From: a virus
Lineage: Duplodnaviria > Caudoviricetes
Strand: one strand, 5' to 3'
Virus record (IMG/VR): IMGVR_UViG_3300031170_000001
Span: 5,977-69,976 of that record
DNA: 64,000 nt
This document shows positions 18,647-27,191 of the stretch, one piece after another. The notes under the pieces were generated by a model. It was not told where the DNA came from. It did not search any database and was given only the letters and a program-made list of their open reading frames with translations. The first letter of the stretch is position 1. Every line of letters starts with the position of its first letter. The position numbers and the translations under genes are program-made.

Positions 18647-19245
18647 GATCCTAGTCGCGCTGACTACAGCGCGATTGAGGACCCCAACGTCACACTTATG
18701 GGACCCAAACAAGCACACAGGTCGCGATTTTTTGGTGAACTGCCTACCAAAACAGTCACAGGCTCAATGTTCCCGGCAGAATGCCGAGTCTCGAAAAACG
18801 ATTGAGCCGCCGGGTGTGCAACCCCGCCGCCGGAAGGCACAGTTGCACACCCTCGTCTTTAAGAATTAGCAGTGACAGGGGGCTATGCGACGCGCTCAAC
18901 GGATGGGACCCATAGCGCGCTACGCGCTTGCCGCCATACACACGTCGCGTGCGGGTTGTTTTTGAGAGGGGCGCGCGGTGAGACACATGCGAAACCGGAT
19001 GGGACCCAAACGAATCCGATCCAAAAAGGCTCTACGGGGGGCTCAGGTTCAGGCTCCGCGCATCTTTACACTGTCTAGTTGCACGCATACTGCATCTTGA
19101 CAGTGCCTAGATGCACAGTGTATGCGCCAACACATACTACATATGGTAGAGGGGTGCATATTAACCTAAGCTATTGATATATAACAATAACCTAGGTGTT
19201 ATCGGATAATGGACGTTATGACAAATAACTATTAGTAGATTAACC

Positions 19246-19830
19246 CTATTCACTATCCGGAATAGGGCTAACATCTAGCACGGTGTCGGCACGTTGTGCG
19301 GCGCGCTCTGACATGTCGCGCACTATGTGCTCAATTGTTTGGCGGACGCGCGCGCGTTGCTCCGCTTCCGCAGGATCAACGTCCCCCCGCCGCGCCCCGA
19401 CGCTACCTTCAATCCGCTGAGCCACCATATCCGCCGCGCGTTGGTCCCCTGACATGGCGCGGACTGCCACCGCGTCCGCCACGGCCTGCAATACCGTGAG
19501 GCTAGGCGATACCGCGTCAAGCGCGCTTGCCCGCCGTTCCGTAGGATCGTCGCTATCGGGCGGCAGCATGGTGGCGTGTAGGTTAGCCCGCATGGTGGCG
19601 GCGTGGCGTTGTATGACCGCGCCAGCCCCCTCCGATAGGGTAGACCATAGCGCCATGGTAAACGGGTTAGCCTCCGCCAGATACCCGCTAGGACGCGCCG
19701 CCAAGGCCCGCACGCGCGCCAGCGCGTCGCCGCCGTCCGGCACGGCAGGCAATGCCGGGGCGTCGCTAGCCGGGGCGGGGGCGGGGCTGCTAGGCCCCCT
19801 AGGCGCAACGGCGGGGAGTCGGCGGGGCAT
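19246..19830 (-). CDS. Putative terminase small subunit
   Basis: AVAVRAMSGDQRAADMVAQRIEG resembles the A..GD..A...DR.EG motif of TerS-like proteins; same strand as and upstream of terL. Confidence 0.5.
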   Translation of the reverse strand: MPRRLPAVAPRGPSSPAPAPASDAPALPAVPDGGDALARVRALAARPSGYLAEANPFTMALWSTLSEGAGAVIQRHAATMRANLHATMLPPDSDDPTERRASALDAVSPSLTVLQAVADAVAVRAMSGDQRAADMVAQRIEGSVGARRGDVDPAEAEQRARVRQTIEHIVRDMSERAAQRADTVLDVSPIPDSE

Positions 19831-19854
19831 AACGCCTAGCCTATGCGCCGCCTA

Positions 19855-20178
19855 GTCACTTGTCACCGTTGTCACGCCGTCACAACACGGGTTTAACCCT
19901 ATACGAATCGAGTCCCCCCCTTGTGTTTTTCATGTCGAATTCCATGCAAGCAAACCTAATCACGCGCGCATGCGTTTAATGAATCCTTATGTGACAAGTG
20001 TGACAACGGTGACTCGATTGTTTCCATTGGATTTTTTCTGTCACCTTGCAGGCGGACTGCAAGGTGACACGTCACCTAGACGGTGACAACCCGCACGGCA
20101 CGCGCGGAAACGGGGCGCAATGCGCCCCGTTTTGAACGGTGACAAGCCGGACAAATCCGGCCAGACGGTGACAAGCCG
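19855..20178. repeat. Cluster of 13 GTGAC/GTCAC repeats with two 12-bp inverted repeats (candidate pac/ori)
   Basis: Copies at 19855, 19862, 19871, 19879, 19991, 20000, 20009, 20040, 20064, 20071, 20083, 20139 and 20168. Confidence 0.75.
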
Positions 20179-20179
20179 C

Positions 20180-20566
20180 CTAGGCGTCGCCGCCTTCCCC
20201 CTTCCCCTTAACCGCACGCGCGACTCGGGTTTCCTCTATTATTGCATTAGCTATGCGCCAGTCTCCGATATGCCGCCGAATGATCGAATCGACCAACTCG
20301 TCAAGCCGCCAAAGCGGCAGGCGGACACCGGGCCGCGCGGCCAGCGTTAGGGCGGCTTGGTGGCGGCCCCTCTCGTAAGCAAACTGTGCCTTCCGAGTCC
20401 ACCCATCGTAGGTAAGCCTAAACGGCTTGCCGTCCCGGTAGTCATTCCAACCGCGCAACCGCGCGCGGCCGAGTTCAGAATCGCGCGGCAGCTTGGCCAT
20501 GCGGGCGAAAGCGCCAGCCGGGGCGTTGTGCGCCCCGTCCGGCTTGGCAATCGTTGCGCCGCCCAT
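20180..20566 (-). CDS. Hypothetical early protein
   Basis: Probable start ATG 20566, coupled to the upstream TGA; GWNDYRDG...FAYERGR. Confidence 0.6.
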   Translation of the reverse strand: MGGATIAKPDGAHNAPAGAFARMAKLPRDSELGRARLRGWNDYRDGKPFRLTYDGWTRKAQFAYERGRHQAALTLAARPGVRLPLWRLDELVDSIIRRHIGDWRIANAIIEETRVARAVKGKGEGGDA

Positions 20567-21588
20567 CACAGACTCCAGCCAAAGCGGCGAATACAGACCG
20601 GGCCGATACCCGCCATAACAGACGGCGGATCGGTCAATAACCGGCGGCAGCAAGCGCAATTTCCAGTTTGATGGCCATGAGTCTCCGCCGCCGCGCGGGG
20701 GTTCTCTCCGACAAGCCGGAAGGCGACTAGCGCCGCCGTGTCTGGCGTGCTGCCATAGCGCGCCACGAAACGATTCGCCGCGTCTACATAGCCGCGATAC
20801 GTGCCGCGAAAGTAACAGAGAATCATTCCGGGGCCGCTGCGAAACGTCGCGCCGCTTAGCTTCATAGTCACTTCCCCAAACGTCAACCGCACCTTGCGGA
20901 GTCCGCTGGCACGCGCCGACTCCATGGCCGTCCGCACTAGGTCTAGGTTGACGCTAAGCGGCGGCGACGATGCCGGGGCGGGCACCGCGCGGGCAATCGC
21001 CGCGCGTTCCGCGTCCATGCCCGCCACCGCGAGGGCAACTTGCCCCGCCATGATTGCATCGCTGGCGCTATGGTCCGGCCCTTCCGGAATGCCGTCAATA
21101 AATCCGATGGCCGAGTCGGACGGCAGCGACTCGAAAGCCGCTTCAAAACCGGCCCGCGCGGCAACCGGGGAAGCCGCAACCGGCGCGACAATGGCGGGCG
21201 GCGCGTTGTGCGAAAGATTACGCTCAACCGCCGCAAGCTGGCGCGGCGTCAACCCGCCGTAGCGGGCGCAACCGCTTAGCAGGCTAGCGGCAAAATCCAT
21301 CGTGCCGCGATTAGCAATAAGCCACCCATAGGCGGCCGGGTTGGCGGCGGCGAAAGCCGCCACGTTAGCGCGCTGGCGCGGCGTCCACTGCGAGTCGGAC
21401 GGCGGCAGGGTGGCCGTAGCCGTGGCCATGGTCGCAACCGGCGCGGGGCGATAGCCGCCACGGCGGACAAAGCGCGGGCCGCCCCCTTGGCAGGCAAAGC
21501 ACGCGCCCTCATACGTTGAGCCGTCGCGCCGCGTGCCACGGTAGACGCCGCTACCCTCGCAACGCTGGCAATTGCTAATCACAGTCAT
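20566..21588 (-). CDS. Zn-finger protein with C-terminal DUF6011-like domain
   Basis: N-terminal CQRCEGSG..CFACQG; C-terminal GNCACCRRLLTDPPSVMAGIGPVC. Confidence 0.75.
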   Translation of the reverse strand: MTVISNCQRCEGSGVYRGTRRDGSTYEGACFACQGGGPRFVRRGGYRPAPVATMATATATLPPSDSQWTPRQRANVAAFAAANPAAYGWLIANRGTMDFAASLLSGCARYGGLTPRQLAAVERNLSHNAPPAIVAPVAASPVAARAGFEAAFESLPSDSAIGFIDGIPEGPDHSASDAIMAGQVALAVAGMDAERAAIARAVPAPASSPPLSVNLDLVRTAMESARASGLRKVRLTFGEVTMKLSGATFRSGPGMILCYFRGTYRGYVDAANRFVARYGSTPDTAALVAFRLVGENPRAAAETHGHQTGNCACCRRLLTDPPSVMAGIGPVCIRRFGWSL

Positions 21589-21854
21589 GTCAGACTCCTA
21601 ACCGGGGCGGCGGAATTGCTTGGCCCCGCCGCATACGTAGTAGCTATTTTGGCGGGATACAATAGGCCCGCCGGAATTATTTTGTCGGGATTTCCCGCGC
21701 CACCTTATAGCGGGCCGCGTCACGGGGCGGCGGAGGGGCGGCGGCCGGTCTAGGCGCACGGCCAGCGCAAAAATCCCGCCAAAATAGTCCGGAACCGGCC
21801 CGAATAATCATACCGTATCGGCCCTAATCTACCACGCTTTGTGTTTTTTGAATC

Positions 21855-21893
21855 TTGACACCCGTATTAGTGGTGTGAGAACAGGCAGGGAAC
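21855..21893 (+). promoter_or_regulatory. Sigma70-like promoter overlapped by an alphaproteobacterial LexA box
   Basis: TTGACA at 21855-60; GAAC-AGGCAGG-GAAC at 21879-93 over the -10/+1 region. Confidence 0.65.
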
Positions 21894-22137
21894 AAACGCG
21901 ATCCTGACAAAATAGGTATCAGGGTGCCAGCCACGGCTAAAACGCTTCTACGGTCAAATATGGGCTTCCTAGACGCTATCGCCTTTTTGGCCATGGCGCG
22001 GCGATGCCGGACACCTTGCAGTTTCCGCGCAAATAACTATTTTTCCGTTTCCGTCATTATAGGCTTGCAATCAATCGGCGGCGCGACCATGTTCCGGACG
22101 CGGCATGCTTTCCGCCGCTTTTTTAGGAGTCGCTGTT

Positions 22138-23310
22138 ATGCGCCGTTTCGGAATTGAACTCGAACTCATCGCCCCCCGTGCGATGGCAGGGGCCGCCGAG
22201 TCCCGCACCGCCGACCTACTTAACACCTTGCCGGGCGTGACCGCGCGGACTGCCAACTATAGCGGAACCGCCTATCACCTTTGGCAAGTTAAGCATGACG
22301 GCAGCTTGCAGCCCGCCGATAGGGGTTGCGAGGTTGTTTCGCCCATCATGCCATCCAACCCCGGTGCCTATGACACGATTCAAAGCATCGTCACGCGGCT
22401 AGATGCCGAGGGGTTCGCCGTTAACCGTAAGTGTGGATTCCACGTACACCTAGACGTTTCCGATCTCCCCGTCCGGACGCGCCAGCTTATCGTTTTGAGA
22501 TACAACGAAAGCCGCGCCGATTATGACTCCATCATGCCGCCGTCGCGCCGCACGGGTGCCAACGGCTATTGCGCCGTGCTGGCGGATAGGCCGGGCCTTG
22601 AACGCGCCATTAACTCGGGCGATGACACTTGGCGGCGCGGCCACGGTCGTCACTCCGAGGTCGTCAATACCAAGTTCATGTATGACACGGCGGCGCGCCT
22701 TGAATTCCGGCAGGCTGCCGGAACGTGTGAGGGCGCAAAGGTTGTCGCATGGGTGCGGTATTTGCAGGAAATGGTTTCCGAGGTTGCGCGCCGCGCCATG
22801 GGTGCCACGTTCGCGCAAGCGTCCCGCGCCACCTATACCGCCCCGGTGCGCCCCGCCCCGCTTAACCCGCTGGCCAGCGTGCCGCGCATGCACGCCAACT
22901 CGGACGCCAGCCGGGCCTTGCGCGAGTTGTGCGCCAATGGCGTGGTCACTACCGGCTGGGCCGCTGATAACGGCATCCCCGGACCCGTCATGCGCCGTAT
23001 CATCGTAGGCTTTCGCCGCCATGGCGCGGGACTGCGGACGGTATCGGCCGCACGCGGGCCGGAATACCATTTGGTCGCCGTCACCGCGCCTTGCACCCCG
23101 CAAGCTATCTTTGCCCCCGTCGCGCCCGCCGCGCCGGTAGCCGTGCAAGCCGTTGCCGGTGGCAACGTGGCCAGCAATCCGGCCCCCGTGGTAGCAACCG
23201 TCACCGCCGCACAATTTGTGCAATATGATTTCTTTGCCGGGTTGTCCGCCGAGTCGGTCGCGTGGGTTAGAAGCCGCCGCGATACTTTCGCGGCCGATAC
23301 GCAACCCTAA
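22138..23310 (+). CDS. Putative amidoligase (COOH-NH2 ligase type 2) with C-terminal extension
   Basis: RFGIELE, VKHDGSL, CEVVSP, CGFHVHLD, LEFRQ motifs; AGGAG RBS before ATG 22138. Confidence 0.88.
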   Translation: MRRFGIELELIAPRAMAGAAESRTADLLNTLPGVTARTANYSGTAYHLWQVKHDGSLQPADRGCEVVSPIMPSNPGAYDTIQSIVTRLDAEGFAVNRKCGFHVHLDVSDLPVRTRQLIVLRYNESRADYDSIMPPSRRTGANGYCAVLADRPGLERAINSGDDTWRRGHGRHSEVVNTKFMYDTAARLEFRQAAGTCEGAKVVAWVRYLQEMVSEVARRAMGATFAQASRATYTAPVRPAPLNPLASVPRMHANSDASRALRELCANGVVTTGWAADNGIPGPVMRRIIVGFRRHGAGLRTVSAARGPEYHLVAVTAPCTPQAIFAPVAPAAPVAVQAVAGGNVASNPAPVVATVTAAQFVQYDFFAGLSAESVAWVRSRRDTFAADTQP

Positions 23311-23333
23311 CCCCCTCACCATAGGAGTCTGTT

Positions 23334-24176
23334 ATGACTGATAAGACAAACAACGCCCCCGCCGTTCCGGCGGGGGACGCCGCCCCGCTGGTATCCGCCC
23401 TGCCAATGGCATGGGTGCGGGTAAGCCATAAGAGTCCGGACCATATCGCCGCCCGCTACCTATACGCGGGCTATGGCAGCAACCTTAATCTGGACCAAAT
23501 GACTCGCCGTTGCCCCGGAGTCGATATCGTGGGCGCGGGATTGTTGCGCGACGCGCGCCTAGTGTTCGCCTATCACCTAGGCATCGTGCCGGACAAGGAC
23601 TCAACGACTCTTGTCGGCGTGTTCAAGGTGACGGCGGCGGACGTTGCCGCGCTTGACCGCTATGAAGCACTCGGCCGCAACTACGAAAGAATCCTAGTCA
23701 CCGTTGAGTGCAACGGCCAAGCGGTGCGGTGTTTCACGTACCTAAAGCGCGACAACGCCTTAGAAGCGCCAACCGACTCTTACTATGCGACATGCTTAGA
23801 GGGGTTCAACAATTGGGATTTTGACTCGCGCCGCTTGCGCCATGCCCGCGAACAGGCCCGCAAGCTAGGCAAGCCCACGCGCGCCCCGCGCGTGCGGACT
23901 GCCCCTGATAGGGGCGACTCCGAGCCGGTAGGTAGCGGGACGGCGGAGTATTACCGCACGACTCGCCCGCTTGAAGGCAAGCGCGACCGTGGCCCCCGCC
24001 CCATAGGGGGCCGCCTAGGGGGTGCGGAGTACATGGCGCGGGCAGACTACCGCCAGCAAGTGAAGGCGCTAGGCGGGCTGATAGAAGGCGCTACCGCACG
24101 CGGCCGGGACGGCCAAGCGTGGCAAGCCCACAAGGGGGCGGACGGCCACCTAGTGTGGCGGCGTAGGGACTCCTAA
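23334..24176 (+). CDS. Gamma-glutamylcyclotransferase family protein
   Basis: YAGYGSNLNLDQMTRRCP, LDRYEA..YER, PTDSYY motifs. Confidence 0.85.
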   Translation: MTDKTNNAPAVPAGDAAPLVSALPMAWVRVSHKSPDHIAARYLYAGYGSNLNLDQMTRRCPGVDIVGAGLLRDARLVFAYHLGIVPDKDSTTLVGVFKVTAADVAALDRYEALGRNYERILVTVECNGQAVRCFTYLKRDNALEAPTDSYYATCLEGFNNWDFDSRRLRHAREQARKLGKPTRAPRVRTAPDRGDSEPVGSGTAEYYRTTRPLEGKRDRGPRPIGGRLGGAEYMARADYRQQVKALGGLIEGATARGRDGQAWQAHKGADGHLVWRRRDS

Positions 24177-24284
24177 CCCTAGCCCCGTGGCGGCCATTAC
24201 AGGCCCGCCACGGGGCCTTGGCTAGCAGTCCCGCTAGGGTACTACCCGCCCCTGATAGGGCGAACACAAGCGAAGGAATCTGAC

Positions 24285-24578
24285 ATGATTACGGTTACGC
24301 GATACGACTCGGGCGATACCTACGCCCGTCACCTATTGGTCAAGCTGGGCCGCTTCAAGCTGGACCTTGCCATCGTCGCGCTTGACGATGAAGGGTGCGA
24401 CCAGCGACTCGGCCGCGCCGTTGTCTCATGGGGCGACTCCAATCGGATGTTTGAAGCGGGAGTCGACCGCGACCATACGATTGACTACCGCACGGGCAAC
24501 GTGGCCACGACTCGCTGGCACCCTACCGCGCGGACCTACGCTTGGTCATGGGCGACGCGCGAGGGGGTGCGGCTATGA
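24285..24578 (+). CDS. Hypothetical early protein
   Basis: 97 aa; GGAATCTGAC leader. Confidence 0.6.
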   Translation: MITVTRYDSGDTYARHLLVKLGRFKLDLAIVALDDEGCDQRLGRAVVSWGDSNRMFEAGVDRDHTIDYRTGNVATTRWHPTARTYAWSWATREGVRL

Positions 24579-24796
24579 TGCGGCGCACCCTAGCCCGCGT
24601 GCTGGACTACGCCGCCGCCCTACGGGGTGGCGGCTGGCGGCACGCCATATGCGGCCATTGCGGCATGCGCCCTACCATGGCCGACGACTGCGGGTTTTTC
24701 TACGCTGAGCCGGACGGCCAGCCTATCTGCCATCATTGCTGGCATGGTGCCCCCGGTGCGGCGCACCGCGCCGCCCATGGCGTAGGGGAACGGTAG
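24575..24796 (+). CDS. Small Cys-rich protein
   Basis: CGHC...CHHC; ATGA coupling. Confidence 0.5.
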   Translation: MMRRTLARVLDYAAALRGGGWRHAICGHCGMRPTMADDCGFFYAEPDGQPICHHCWHGAPGAAHRAAHGVGER

Positions 24797-24960
24797 CCCA
24801 TGCGACCCGGCACGCCACTCAACTGAGCCTAGCCACAACCGGCCGAGCGGCCGGGCGGCGCGCGATTCTGAGCGCGCCGCCGACGCCGGGCCGCGTCCCC
24901 CGTCCCGCCGGGCCGGGCCGTTGTTTAATTTGATAGATGAACTCTGGAAAGGAATCCGAA

Positions 24961-25209
24961 ATGCAGTCCCGAATCGAAACCCGCAAGCCGGGGACGTTCT
25001 ACGTCGAAGAACGCGACGGCCGGGTCCGCCGCCTGTTCCGCCTTGATGCGGAGGCGTATCGCCAAGCCCTGCTAAGCATCGCCAAGGGGCTGTCACCCAA
25101 CCTTGATGGTGCGGGGGCTTGCCTGATCGCGACAGCGCAGGCCGCGCCCGATGGCTGGCATATCACCAACGCCGAAGGCGATGGCGTTGTGTGGCAGATG
25201 GAGTCCTGA
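24961..25209 (+). CDS. Hypothetical protein
   Basis: MQSRIETRK...; AGGA RBS. Confidence 0.55.
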   Translation: MQSRIETRKPGTFYVEERDGRVRRLFRLDAEAYRQALLSIAKGLSPNLDGAGACLIATAQAAPDGWHITNAEGDGVVWQMES

Positions 25210-25210
25210 C

Positions 25211-25420
25211 ATGAGCCGCAGCTTCTACGAACTGCAATACGGCGCAACTGATCCTGATAGCTTGGGCGGTTTGCGCTGGCATACCGCGACCGATGGCAAC
25301 GGCCATCCGCGCCGCTGGGAGAATATTACCGAGGCCCGCGCCGCGATGGAAGTTGAGCGCGCGGGTGGCTCGCGGTGCCGCCTGTGCCGGGTGGAGGAAA
25401 TCCGGACTCCTTGTATTTGA
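25211..25420 (+). CDS. Hypothetical protein
   Basis: MSRSFYELQY...; GGAG RBS. Confidence 0.55.
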   Translation: MSRSFYELQYGATDPDSLGGLRWHTATDGNGHPRRWENITEARAAMEVERAGGSRCRLCRVEEIRTPCI

Positions 25421-25453
25421 TAGATGAACTCTGGAGGTGAAAGGAAAAGTATC

Positions 25454-25481
25454 TTGAAATTTCCGCCAAAGTAACTATGTT
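25454..25481 (+). promoter_or_regulatory. Sigma70-like promoter with operator in the spacer
   Basis: TTGAAA-TTTCCGCCAAAGTAAC-TATGTT. Confidence 0.55.
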
Positions 25482-25510
25482 TGATAGACCGACAACAAAA
25501 GGAAGCTGAC

Positions 25511-25843
25511 ATGCCTGACATGAACGAAACCGAAAACGACTCGCCGTTCCCTAGCAACGCCGAAATGGACTTGGACCTTCTAAGGGCCAGCCCCTATATC
25601 GGCCGCGACCATAGCCGGGGCATCACCGGCACGACCGGCGACGTTGTGTGCGTTGTCTATGGTACGCGCCATGACGACCCCGCGCGCGATGCCTTGTGCC
25701 GCCGTATTGAACGCATGGGCGACATTTACGAGGAGTTGCGTCTGCTGGTAGACCGCGCGGCGGCGGCCGGTGTTGACGTGACCGTGGCGCAGGGAGTCAT
25801 CAACGATTTCGTGGCCCCCAAGCCATTCAGCGAAGTGGAGTAG
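25511..25843 (+). CDS. Hypothetical protein
   Basis: ORF with RBS downstream of the promoter. Confidence 0.6.
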   Translation: MPDMNETENDSPFPSNAEMDLDLLRASPYIGRDHSRGITGTTGDVVCVVYGTRHDDPARDALCRRIERMGDIYEELRLLVDRAAAAGVDVTVAQGVINDFVAPKPFSEVE

Positions 25844-25847
25844 GGCC

Positions 25848-26108
25848 ATGAGTAAGTTTGGCTGGTCCTACCCGGCGGGGTGCAGTGGCACCCCGTTTGA
25901 TGCTCCCGACCAACCGTGCGACGTGTGCGGTAAGGATGTGGACCATTGCATCTGTCCCGAGTGCCCGGTGTGCGGCAGTGTGGGCGATCCGCACTGCTAC
26001 GAACACCACGGCATGACGCGCAGCCCGGCTCAGATTGTGAGCCTGCGTCAAGCCGAAGCCGAGTGGGAAGCCGACAACGCATCCCATAACTACAATCCCC
26101 ATGATTGA
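25848..26108 (+). CDS. Cys-rich zinc-binding protein
   Basis: FGWSYPAGC..CDVC...C.CPECPVCG..GDPHCY. Confidence 0.7.
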   Translation: MSKFGWSYPAGCSGTPFDAPDQPCDVCGKDVDHCICPECPVCGSVGDPHCYEHHGMTRSPAQIVSLRQAEAEWEADNASHNYNPHD

Positions 26109-26120
26109 TAGAGGGACAAA

Positions 26121-26198
26121 ATGTTTGCAGTAGCAGGTGGCATCTTGCTTGCCGTCGCGGTGATCGTGGTGATTGCCGCTTTACTCACCGACACCTAA
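26121..26198 (+). CDS. 25-aa hydrophobic peptide
   Basis: MFAVAGGILLAVAVIVVIAALLTDT; GAGG RBS. Confidence 0.45.
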   Translation: MFAVAGGILLAVAVIVVIAALLTDT

Positions 26199-26212
26199 TC
26201 AAGGAGTCTGAC

Positions 26213-26422
26213 ATGACCGACATGACGCCCGAGTCAAATTATGAGCGCCGCGTTCTCAGCGGCGCGCTTAACCTCTACAGGAAGCATCTAGAGAGGCGCA
26301 TACGCTCTACTGATAGACAAGGCTGGGAACCTAAGCCGGGCGATACCGACATCAATCGAAAACGAATCGATATAGTCGATCAGCTTATTGCCCGCTGGCA
26401 TCTTATCAAGCGGACTCCGTGA
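26213..26422 (+). CDS. Hypothetical protein
   Basis: AGGAGTCTGAC-ATG 26213. Confidence 0.6.
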   Translation: MTDMTPESNYERRVLSGALNLYRKHLERRIRSTDRQGWEPKPGDTDINRKRIDIVDQLIARWHLIKRTP

Positions 26423-26484
26423 TGCTGATGCTGTTCGGATTGATTGCTTTGATTGGGCTTATAGCCATAGGCTTGCCCGATTAA
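26422..26484 (+). CDS. 20-aa hydrophobic peptide
   Basis: MLMLFGLIALIGLIAIGLPD; overlaps the upstream stop. Confidence 0.4.
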   Translation: MLMLFGLIALIGLIAIGLPD

Positions 26485-26501
26485 CTTGTGCAAAACAGAA
26501 C

Positions 26502-26530
26502 AAGGCCCCGGAATTTCCATCCGGGGCCTT
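26502..26530 (+). terminator. Terminator-like hairpin ending the early operon
   Basis: AAGGCCCCGGA-N7-TCCGGGGCCTT perfect 11-bp stem. Confidence 0.6.
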
Positions 26531-26639
26531 GAAACTGTCTTGTCATCTGGCGTAGCGTCTTAGACCGACACAGGTCGCGCGACGGGTCTCTCACTAAGCT
26601 CCATCGTAGCGGCACCACTAAACGCGCGTCAACTCGCGA

Positions 26640-27191
26640 ATGGAGTCGCTTGGTCAAATGTCAAATAGACACCCCCTGCGTCCCGTATGGAACGCCATGA
26701 AGGCCCGCTGTAATAATCCAAGTCATAAGGCTTGGAAGTATTATGGTGGACGAGGCATTGGCGTGTGTCCGGAATGGCTTGATTTCCAAGCATTTTTTGC
26801 ATGGGCCATGACATCCGGCTACCGCGTCGGACTGACCATAGAAAGAAAGGACAATAACGCCGGATATAATCCGACCAATTGCATTTGGACCACCCAAAAA
26901 GAACAAAACCAAAACCGGCAAAATACCATCTTAGTCGATGTAGAAGGTGAGACCGTCCCGGCATGTGTGATCGCCGTGCAGCATGGACTGTCCCCTCGCA
27001 CTGTCCTTAAGCGCGCCCGAAGGGGAGTGTCTCCAGATAAGTGGTTTGAGCCTTCAAAGAGAGACAATCGCAAATATCCGATTCCTGATAACAGGAACGG
27101 ACTAAACATTTCCGTCATCATTAGTCGCATCAAAAGAGGCTGGCCGGAGGATCGCTGGCTTGAGCCTACTCGCGCCTATGTGCGCCGATGA
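26640..27191 (+). CDS. HNH homing endonuclease
   Basis: WNAMKARC.NP....YYGGRGI.VC..W, TIERKDNNAGY.P.NC.W.T..EQ..N; lower GC than its neighbours. Confidence 0.88.
   Translation: MESLGQMSNRHPLRPVWNAMKARCNNPSHKAWKYYGGRGIGVCPEWLDFQAFFAWAMTSGYRVGLTIERKDNNAGYNPTNCIWTTQKEQNQNRQNTILVDVEGETVPACVIAVQHGLSPRTVLKRARRGVSPDKWFEPSKRDNRKYPIPDNRNGLNISVIISRIKRGWPEDRWLEPTRAYVRR

Noticed and set aside
19855-20178. CRISPR-like array
   Set aside because: Repeats are 5-14 bp, irregularly spaced and in both orientations, with no constant repeat-spacer period and no cas genes
21924-22157. ORF downstream of the LexA-box promoter
   Set aside because: No RBS or motif; overlaps another promoter-like sequence and the amidoligase start
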